A stretch of DNA of 64,000 nt from Prorocentrum cordatum (lineage: Eukaryota): contig CAUYUJ010000145.1 of the NCBI GenBank assembly GCA_963575745.1, forward strand, positions 1 to 64,000, given 5' to 3'. The notes beneath the pieces are model-generated. The model was not told the origin of the DNA. It saw nothing but the letters and a program-made list of their open reading frames with translations, and did no database searches. The number at the start of each line of letters is the position of its first letter. The first letter of the stretch is position 1. Positions 51,004 through 61,089 of this stretch are shown here, piece by piece. Made by a program: the position numbers and the translations under genes.

Positions 51004-52649
51004 GAGGGAGGAGGAAGAAGGAAGAGGAGGAGGATAACACCCGCCTCCTCCCCAGTTTCCCGGCGAATTCTTATTTTCGGATCTCGGGGGCGAATTCCTC
51101 AGACCTCCCGAACCTTTCCCTGAGACTGTTGCTTCATCCTGGGTCGCTATTCTTCAAGAGTTCGGAGGTCCAGGGGTTCCACTGTCCCTGCTTCCCGTGA
51201 CCAGGACACTCGGCCCGAAGGTGTGCTCTGAAGCTCTGACCGATACTTAGAAGGCAATCCAGCCCTAGCGGCGAGAAAGAGCTTGCACTTCCATCCGTCG
51301 GCGGCGCGCCCAAAGGGTCAATGAGAGGGGGGCGAGTCTTCTCGGCAGGCGACGGGGTTTTTCAGAGGCCACCGGGCCTTCCGAGAGGCCTTGCCTTCGG
51401 ACAGTGCGATCGCACCAGCGTGCGGTTGGCCACCGAGGCCCTCCACGCGGAGCCGAGTGGGGTAAAGACATGCGTGGGCGAAGGCGCGTCCTATGGATCA
51501 TCGGAAGGAGGAGGAAGAGGACAAGGAGCAGGGGGAGGAGGAAAATAGGAGGAGGAGGGGGAGGAGGAGTATTAGGAGGAGCAGAAGGACGACGAGGACT
51601 GGGAGGAGGAGTGAGCCTCCTGAAAGGGCCTGCCCCCTCAGCCTTCCGCCCAGGGCGGCGCCTGCGGCGTGGCCTCCGACGGGCAGAGTTGGAGCCTGGA
51701 GCATGGTAGTCCCCAAACGTGGTGGTGTCAACACCCAGCGGTGAGCCTCGGGCGACCTGGTGTCACCACTTGGTTGTGGGGACTGGTGTGGTCTTTCCCA
51801 GGAGGGCAAAAATGCCGCCCCCGAACTGACCACCCCGGCAAGCAAGGCCGTTTAGCAAACGCACCCAAAGAAGGAATCGAACAAGGCAGGGCTGGTTACT
51901 CAACACCAAAAACCGCTTAGTAAACGACAGTGTTAGGGTCCGGGTGGATTCTTCCTCCCTTGATTTCCAGGATGTCCCAAACGCTGGTGGGTCCAGGGCT
52001 CACAAAACCGGGCGGTGACCCCACATCCCAAAACCCAGCGGTGATTTGAGTGGGGGGATTCGGGGTCACCACCTGATAACGTGATGCTGATGATGACGAC
52101 GATGACGATGACAACGAAGATGAATATGAAGATTATGATGATGAGGCTGGTGATGATGATGATGGTGCCAGGTTGGGTCTAACATCATTTTTCGAAAAGC
52201 TGACGGTGGCGCTGACTGTGGCGATGGCAGGAACGATGCCTCGGCTCCGAGAGTAGTAGTGTACACTTGCAGACAGCACAGAGGCAATGTACCGATGATA
52301 AGCCCCTCGAGCGAGGGCGGGTGGGTTGGGAGGTTGAGCACAGACGGTAGCGGTCGTGCGGCCACTCTTTCCCTTCATCAGCACATTCCACACTAAAGTT
52401 GTTGGCGTGCCAGATTGGGTCGCCGTGGCCAGAACATTCTTTTTCGAGAAGCTGACCTGTGGCGATGGCAGGAGCGATGCCTCGGCTCCGAGAAAGGCAA
52501 TGTACACTCGCAGACAGCACAGACGAACATTGAAAAACATGGCATCAACGCCAAAGGCCGGCAAGAAAAAACACCATACAACGATTCAAATCTTCCGTCG
52601 CTGCATTTACGACGAGTTCGGCAGCTCTGACGGGAAAGCGCGCAGCCCT

Positions 52650-53290
52650 GTGTCTGCAAGCTACGCCTCTCGCCGCGTGGCCATCGAACTGCAACTGGGA
52701 CCGCCCCGAAAAAGAAGCACACGCGGCCGAACGGTTCACGCGCTGAACGACGGGGCTGGCGATGGGGGCAAATCCAGCTCCAAACGCGCGCGGCAGAACG
52801 CGTGGTGGATCCAAACTGACACAGGTCCAAGTCGACTTCGCCAAAACTGTCTCAACGAGTTCAGGCTCTCAACCCAGGCACATCCCACGCCAGACTAGAT
52901 CCAGGGCGCTCAATGCAGGCAGGCACATCATGTTTGATACAAGCACGATGGCAGCGCGCAGCTCGTCATTACATGGCACAAAACACTGCAGTTATGACAG
53001 CGCTAAGCCTCGGGAAGGACGGCCCCAAGGTCCGGCCCGAGTGCGAGCGGGGGTAGACCCAGACTCAATCCAGGCCCCCCGCTGTACAGACAGCCGGAGC
53101 GCGCCGACCGCCGACGATCTGACCCAACCCAGGACTCGATCGACGACGACCTGCTCCGAGAGACGGACCGCAACATTCCGCCCTGCCCCCAGCCGAGGAC
53201 ATCCAGCACGCGACCGCGAAGGCGCTTTGCAAATGGTGGCCCCACGGGGCCCCGGCACTGACAAAACGAAGCGGCGGCGGCGGGGCTCCA
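52650..53290 (-). pseudogene. Cytosine-5 methyltransferase-like remnant in the YR element
   Basis: VLGWVRSSAV, CIERPGSSLAWDVP (ENP-type motif VI) and DLCQFG (before motif VIII). Frameshifted. Confidence 0.55.
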
Positions 53291-53519
53291 CAGCATGAGC
53301 CCGCGGCCAAAACATGCCCCATGCGGGCCGCCAACGCCTGGCCAGAACGGGCGCCCGCCACGCGGGGCGCGGGGCGCTGGCCAATGCCTGCAGCGGCATG
53401 CGCAATGGGACAGAGCCCGCCACGTTCTTCGCCTCGATGAGCTCCACCAGACGGCTGAAGACCCGCTCGACGAAATGCGCCGCGGCGGGCGGCAGGTCCA
53501 CGATCCGCTGCTGCATCCT

Positions 53520-54340
53520 CGTCACCTCGCCGCGCCTCCTCAATGACTGGCCCGAGACCCAGCGACCCCTCTCCTTCACCTCCGCGATCGCTCTCGAGCC
53601 CGGCAGCAAGTCGCGCGAGCCACCCCCCTCTGGCAGAGGGCGCGCAAGGACGCGGACCCCTTTCTGCAACTCGAGCCGCCCAAGCCCCCGCGCCAACATG
53701 GCTCGCGCACCCGCGAAGCTCGAGCCCGCGGCGGCGCCGAGCGTCAGCGCGCGCAGCGCGGGCCACAGCTCGGGAACGTCGATCAGAGCTGACTCGTAGG
53801 TGACTTCCGTCTTTCCAGGCCGCCCCGACTTCGCATCGGTCACAGGCCCCAGGCGTTGCAACTCGAATCCTAGATCGGGCGGACGAGCGACCCCGCCCGC
53901 AGCCGATAGGCCTCCGACGGCATCAAGTACGCGTGGTACACCAACGCTACGAACACGGCCGTGCTGGGCAGGTTGTTCGCGAACATCCACCCCACAACGG
54001 CCGCGGCAGCGGCCCTCGGCAGCGGCGACCGCGTCCGAGGCGGCGCGAGTCTGTGCCACCAGCCCACAGCTCGAGCAGCTCGAGGTAACGGACGCTTGCC
54101 CCCAGCAAACGCTGCAGGCGGCGCCTGAGCGCCGCCGCCGCCATCCCGCCCGTCGCCGCGCCGACGCCGCCCAGCGCCAGGTCGGTCAGGAAGCTGGTCA
54201 CCACTGCGCCCAGCTGGCCAGCGGCGCCGATGTCGCGCTCGCGCCAGCTGGGCCACTCCAGGAAGCGCGGCGCGCGTCCCCGACACCGATCTCCGGTCGC
54301 GTCCGTGACCGCCGAAATTTTCAAGAAACGGATCACCCCC
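53520..54340 (-). pseudogene. Tyrosine recombinase remnant
   Basis: HAYLMPSE (YLRPxE), GKT...SALID, GGGSRD...EVKERGRWVSGQSLRR. Confidence 0.78.
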
Positions 54341-54469
54341 TCCGTCGCCCCCGGGGGCTGCGGACACTCTATCTCCCGGGCCGCCATGACCGTCATGGCC
54401 AGCTGTTTCCAGGATGCTTCGGCAGTCCGCGGCACCGATCGCCCGCGAAAGCTACCGTGGAAGAAGCCA

Positions 54470-56542
54470 TGGCGAGAAGGCCAGTCGGCTACATTCAGCT
54501 CTGGCGGCAACCAGCGCACATAGCATCGAATGTTGACGGCAAATGAGAGGGAGGCCACCTTCCGCAGAGGTCTCCGAGGGGTGGGCTTCCGCCCTCTACA
54601 CTTCCCAGCTGCAAGAGCCAGAGGTAGATTGTCGACGAGGAACAGATGACGGTGATGATGAGGAAACACGCGGCGCGAAGCGTGCCGTAATGCATCAGAT
54701 AGGACGCCCCCTTCGCGCTCCAAGATGTTCTCGCCGGGGCCCCGGCGCCTTCCGGAGATCACCGTGGCCCGAGAGGAGGCCTGCATGATGTCGCCAGGAA
54801 CCTGATTGAAGCTCACGTCGATGAAGGGGGCCTCGCCCTCGAAGCCGGGCGCCTCGACCCCGCCCCTTCCGACCGCCCCCGGGGCGCCCGCGATGTCGGG
54901 GGCCCGTCCAGGCACAGGGCGCTGGCCCGCGCCGATATAGCTGACGCACACCTGCACCTCCACCTCTCTGCCCGACGCGACGAATGCACGCGCCTATGCC
55001 GATGCGAGAAGCATCGGAAACCGAGGAACGCAAGCCCCGCGGAAAGTTCAGGCACGAGGTCCAGAGATGCAACGTACTAGCCACACACCAGAGCCCGAAC
55101 CTCACCGAGCTCCACAAGGGACTCACCCCAGGATCTCTCTGAGACTCGAAGGCGCGCGCGGAGGAAAGAATGGAGAGAGCCCCCCTTCTAACAAACCATC
55201 GCCCGAGCGCCGTGGCCCAGCAGCGCGTCGAGCATGCGAGGCGACGCAGCCCCTCGCCGCGAGACCGCGGGCCGCTGGTCGGCTTCGCCCTCGCGGTGCC
55301 CATCTCACCGTTGACCTCGAGACCCGCGAAGATGCAGACAGACGAAGCCCCATCGATAGCGCGCGCGGGCAGGCCCCAGTCCTCCAGGGTGCGAATAAAC
55401 ATGTCCTGCTTCTCGGCGACGATGGCCGCGTTGCTTCCCGCGACTGCGAAGTTGTAGAAGTAGCCCGATGCAGCCACGCAGCTCCGAGAGAGAGGCCCAG
55501 GACTCGGTCGACCATCCTCTATCAGGCACCCAGCACTGAAACCGTTCTGGGCGTGGGCCATCCGAAGAATGCATTGCCAGAAGAATAGAGACAAACTCGA
55601 GCCCATGGGAAGCACGCGAACCACCGGTTGCAGGGTGAAGTCGCTGGCCAGCGACCCCCCTCGAGCTGCCTGATTCCCGGCAGTCGATTGGAGATGGTCG
55701 GAAGCGCGAAGTACTCCCCCATGCCCGGAGGCACCAGCGCGTGGAAGAACTCGCACTGGATGTCGCCCTGCGCCATCACCACGGGGTGCTCCGACTCCTT
55801 ATGGCGGCCCAAGCTGCGGCCGTAGGTAAAGTGGTCTTGGGCGGCGGTTGCAGCCCTCCTTCGCCACCCGCGCGTCGAACGCCGGCCTCGGCGCAAGAAA
55901 AATGACAAACTGCATGGATCAACAGCCTGCGCAACACGGAAGCTGATCATGACACCCTGCAGCAACTTCCCCGCGAAACCAGCGCTAGCCATAGGGCAGT
56001 TGGCCCAAACCGGCTCGACGCACGGTCGCTGCGGCGCGTTTGCCGCCCCCGGGGCTGAAGCTGAGCGCGGTCCGCCCCCACCCCGACAAACATTCGCGCT
56101 CGGCCTGGTCGACGAGATCCATGGCGCTCACAGGGGCCGACGACGCATCAGGCCAGGACACCAGGTCCTTGTCGCAGGGCTTGACGCGCTGGGAGCCAGC
56201 GGAGAACCCAGGCGCCGAAGCGAGCAGCTCTGCCAGGGCTGCTTCGCCAGAACGAAAATCCTCGCGATAATCAGGAGGACGCTGGAAACGCTTGAACTGG
56301 GCGATGTGAGTCATCGCGCTCTCCTTGGCCGCGGACGCCGTCAGGCCTGGCGGGGGAGCAGGCGATGACGCGCGGCCGCTCAGCTGGTTCAAGGCATCAA
56401 TCCCGTCGTTAGCCCATCGCCCCCAAGCAGCTCCGCGCAGCGCCCGCTGCCGACCGCGACGACTATGACAAGCCTCCGCCCGCGCGCCCACCGCCAGGCC
56501 AGGCAAGTGGAAGATGTCGCGCTGACGGACTCCAAGCTCCAT
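54470..56542 (-). pseudogene. RT/RNase H remnant of the YR element
   Basis: GDIQCEFF, YFALP, LPMGSSLSLFFWQ, GYFYNF (decayed YxDN), SDAS, LVDN, WLPPELNVADWPSR. Several frameshifts. Confidence 0.85.
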
Positions 56543-56543
56543 G

Positions 56544-57861
56544 TCAAAACTGATGGCCGTCGAAACTGCCGCGACATTGCAGGGGCTCGCCCAGGCAACG
56601 CCGAAGCGCCTGCACCTCCCTGGGAGAAGCTTCCGAGGGCCTCTGCGCGCGCCGCCCGCTGGCTTTGCGCCGTTCCTTGGCCACTGCAGCCTCCGCCTTC
56701 AGCTGCTCCGCGATGAACTCCGTCAGAGCAGGAGAGATGCACGAGTTCCCCTTGCTCGACGACGTACCCATGTAATGGTCGGCCTCTGCGGACAACAGCG
56801 CGTCGCTGGCAATGGCGGCCTTCGCCTTGTCCTTCTTCTTTTCGGCCGCCACCTGCGCCGACACCAACTCCTCGTAGTGCCTCTCCTCGATGAGATAGGT
56901 CTGGCGACTGACCAGCTCGAATGCCGCCAACTCGAACGCGCTGAGCTGGTCGTAGCAGCAGGCCATCTCCAGCAGGCGGCAATTCATCTCGTGCTGCTGG
57001 CAGATCGCATCCGAATCCCGCAGTCGAGCCTCTGCCTTCCACTTCGACTGCCACGCGAGGGGGCCGCCAGCATTCCTCCGCATGTGATCAAGGCACCACT
57101 GGATAGTCCGAGGGCCGTTGATCGCCCAGTCATCCATCGGCGTCGCGGTGGCCTCCCTCGCGGCGATCACGAAGTCCAGCTGGCGACGGCCCGCGCTGTC
57201 GGTCGCGATGGCGCGGGCCCTCCTGTCGACGATGGCGGGCGGAGCCCCCCCCCCAGTGGGGCAGCCGCAGCAGCGACGGGGCCTCCGCCTCCTCCCAGCG
57301 GAACCGCCGCGGGGCCCCCCGCCGCGGGCAGCGGCACGCTGAGCGCAGCAGCCAGTGCGCCCGCGCCCGCGAGCCCCCGCGCCCGCGGCAGCAGCCCCCG
57401 CGCCCGCCCCGCCCGCACCAGCGTCACCCAGGGCGGCCCCGCCCGAGGGCACCACGGCGGCGGCGGCAGCGGCGGGGTTGTCCAGCCGCACTGCCCGCGG
57501 TACCCAGGCGGCGCCCGGCCCGACCCCGCCCGCCAGGACAAACGGCGAAGGCGGCAAGGCGGCGCCCACCAGCAGCCCAGCCGTGCGAAGATGACCCCAC
57601 ATGTCGGCCGCCGACGGCGCAGCCCTGAACCGGTACACGCTCGCCTCCGCCACGCCGTAGGAGAGGAGTGCCGAGCCCGCGCATGAGCCTGATCTCCTCG
57701 CAATCGGCGTCCACAGCCACAGTCTCCACATGTACATCACCATCCACTGTCAGGATAGCAGCCTCGGAGGGCGGCACGTCGAATAGCGTCACACGCTCGT
57801 GATACACTGCAGAACCTCCGAATCGATGTCGAATGGCATGAACATCACCTGGTTGCGGCAT
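56544..57861 (-). pseudogene. gag-like ORF1 of the YR element (frameshifted near 57690)
   Basis: YHERV...ILTVDGDVHVE; GPRTIQW...HE...YDQL...SPAL...KERRKA. Located 5' of pol. Confidence 0.7.
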
Positions 57862-58879
57862 TCTGAATGGCAGTCTTTGCCAGTCGCGAAGCGATCAGAC
57901 AAAGCTCCCCCGCCGAACTTAGAGGCTCAGGCGAAGACGCCTGCGCCAATCTGTCCCGTCGTCGGCACAACAACACACGCGTCAAAGACCTCAAGCTCCA
58001 TATTCCTGGCACCACAACTGATCCCAGAAGCAGGCCGAAGATGAATACCACGGAGTGACTGCACCACGCGCTGATCAGACACAGGACACGTTGTACGTGG
58101 GCGAGCACTCACAAGCACACGGAGGGCAAGCAGGAGTGGCCGCCGAAATGGCTGACCAAACTACCAGGGCCTGTGAGGCGCCACGCGAGAGGTCCGAAAG
58201 GAATCGCGAGACGGCACCGTGCATTCCCCTCAAAAGCTTGAGCACAGACGGTAGCGGTCGTGCGGCCACTCTTCCCCTTCCCCGGCACATTCCACACTAA
58301 AAATGTTGCTATGATGATGGTGACGATGATAATGACGATGATGATGATGATGACGATGATGATGCTGATGATGCTGATGCTGACGATGATGATGATGATG
58401 TTCATGATGATCATGCTGTCGATGATGATGATGATGGTGATGATGATGGTGATGATGATGATGGTGATGATGGTGAAGATGATGATGATGATGATTTTTC
58501 CTCGACGTCAGGACCACCATCTGATATCAGGATATGGTGTACAATGAAACCAGATTTAAAGTGATCCGTCGCAGAGAGCCGACTGTCTCGCGTCGCCCCG
58601 CTTGGGCCCGACTGCCAGGGTGCTGCTCGGAGGGGCCTCCTGCGCTGCGCGTGCCAAGCAGCGTCGCAATGCTAGCTGAGATATTCGGCCGCCTCTTCTT
58701 CGGCGGTTGCATCATGCTCAGGTGCCCCCCCCCCCCCCTCACACTGCCCCTCTGGATGCGCCGGCACGGCCGGGGGGGGGGGGGGGGGGGGGGGGGCGCG
58801 CGACGGAGGAGGGAGGGCATGTGGCCGCCCGTGACCGTGCCGCTGCTGGCAGGGAGGTCATTGCTTCGAACGAAATTGA

Positions 58880-60747
58880 AGCGGCGTTGAATCGCCTCCT
58901 CTCCGCTGTGGCCTGCGCTGTGGCCTGCAGGCTCGCTCTGGCAGAAAAAGACGGGTTCACTGCTCGAGCGTCTCTAGCCTCCTCCTCGAGCCAGCCCACT
59001 GGGCCCACGTCTCGGCGGCGGACCGCCTGGCCTTCGGCCTCGAGGGCGCGGCTGATCAGGATTTGGCCCTCCCACATGGGCGCGCCTAGCGCGCCGATCA
59101 CCAGCTTCGTCTTGTCGTGTCGTAGCACTTTTCCAGGCGCACGAAGTTGATGGCGTCGAGGATATCTTCCTTGCTGATCTCCGTCTCCGCCTCGATGTCC
59201 TCGATGGCACCCTTCATGGAGCCGCCCACGTCGCACTTGTACAGTCCTTCTAGGGCCGTCAGCGCGCGGGACGGAGCTGGCGACCCTATCCCCCGCAGGC
59301 ATTTCTTGTCCTCTGGGGGGGCCGCTCTTCCTGAGGGGGTCCATAATGTGCTCGTAGCTTTCGCGCTCCTGCGCGATGGCATCTACCTGATTGCCACGCT
59401 CGTCGTACATGTCTAACGGCATGATCTTGATGTTCCGTTCGGCCTTCTTCGTGGCCCCGTGAATGCCCAGTGAGGCCAGGGTGTCCTGCTTACCGATGTT
59501 CTGTGCGTGTTGAGTTCCATTATGTATGAGTTCTATCCTCAGATACACTCGCCATATATGGTCGAAACAGTGAGATAAACGCACGCATGCATGAATGTCC
59601 TGAATCACGTTGCCAGTGGGGCTTTTTACTTGTTTGCCGATGTCGAAAGTCTGGATGATGGTGGACCTGACGTCGTGATCGATCTCGGGCTTCCGTCGAC
59701 TGGGGTGATAGACACGCTCAGCGAGCGGGCCCGCGCATTGATAATCTGCAGTGTCATGTCCCATTCCTGCCTTTTGAACACCAGTGCGCATCGGGTGCTG
59801 TAGGGCGAGGAGCATGATGGTGAGTTCGATGGGCCTTGAAGAGAAGTGGGTGGGTCGTCGGACTGGAAATTGAAGATCAGGGCGCTCGTCACCAGGGTCA
59901 CGTTCACGTCGACCTTTAAATCCAGGTGGCAACTCAAGTCCAGCGTGCAGTTGTTCCACTGGTGGCGGTTCAGGTGCACCGTGGTGTAGTCCTGCACGTA
60001 CTGGCCCTCTGTGTCCGTGAAGGCGTTGAAATTGAAGTTCATCGTCCAGTCGTCCAGGGTCAGCGTGTCGTACTCCTGCATGTGCTGGCCCTCTACGTCC
60101 GTGAAAAAATTGGAATTGACGCTCAGCGTCCAGTAGTCCTTCGCGAGCTGGGCGTGTAGGTAGTGGTCCAGCGTCCAGTAGTTCGGGGTCAGCGTGTCGT
60201 AGTCCTTCATGTGCTGGCCCTCTGTGTTCATGGAGATGTAGCTCAGCGTCCAATCCCGCACGTACTGGCCATCTGTGTTCGTGAAGATGTTGAAATTGAC
60301 GTTCAGCGTCCAGTCGTTCAGGGTCCGCGCGTCGTAATCCTGCATGTGCTGGCCCTGTATGTTCGTGATGATGTTGGGATTGATGCTCAGCGTCCAGTAG
60401 TCCTTCGCAGTGTGGGTGTGGGGGTAGTAGTCCAAGTGGCAAGTCACGTTCAGCGTGCAATTGTTCCACTGGTGGCAACTCATGGGCCGCATGGTGTGGT
60501 CCTGCCTGTGCTGGCCCTCTGTATTCGTGAGAATGTTGTTGTTGAAGCTCAGCGTCCAGTGGTTCAGGGTCAGCGTGTCGTAATACTTCAGCATCGGCAT
60601 CGTCGTCTGGCTGGTGGTCAGGTGCTTGGGCCATGCGCTCGTCCATGTTCCTGATGTCAGCGAGCGAGTCCTGTGCTTAGCAGGTGCGCGGCGCCCGCGC
60701 TCCGGAGCACGTCCATGGCGGCATGGCGGTGTGCGGGGTATCGTCAA
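58880..60747 (-). pseudogene. Frameshifted intronless ORF set with tandem ubiquitin-like fragment repeats
   Basis: ~7 repeats of WTL...TEGQH/Y(M/V)QDYDTL. GQYVQDYTTV...Q...TLDL aligns with ubiquitin GKQLEDGRTL...Q...TLHL. Downstream QVKSPTG...DTLASLGI. Confidence 0.45.
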
Positions 60748-61000
60748 GAGGCCCCCTGCCTTTCGGGCAGGGCGAGGGGGCGGTGACTGGAGGCCGCTGC
60801 TCCATCAATGGCCTGAGCGCGCGGCGGCCTTTGATGATGACGATGATGATGATGATGATGATGATGATGATAATAATGATGATGATGATGATGATGATGA
60901 TGACGATGATGATGATGATGATGGTGATGGCATCTCACCACCTGATCTTGGGGTTCCCAAGGAGCCGGAGCCGCGCCGCCCCCCCCCTGGGAGAGGCTGC

Positions 61001-61089
61001 CTCCCGCCGAGGGCCGCACCCAGACCCTGCTCGGCAAACGTGGTGTCCGCAAGGACCGCCTCCCGGAAGCCCCCCGCGGAGAAGAGCAC
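61001..61089 (-). CDS. USP exon directly after the Cys box
   Basis: VLFSAGGFREAVLA matches (LQ)xLFxxxxFRxxxL. The AG|GCAGC phase-2 donor matches the AG|GCAGC acceptor at 40888. Confidence 0.72.

Larger units (their letters stand above)
52165..58308 (-). mobile_element. Degenerate tyrosine-recombinase retrotransposon (DIRS order, Ngaro/PAT-type split direct repeats)
   Basis: gag-like ORF, RT, RNase H, YR and methyltransferase remnants in order. Repeats: A 58238-58308 and 52334-52404; B 52407-52522 and 52165-52282. Confidence 0.88.
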
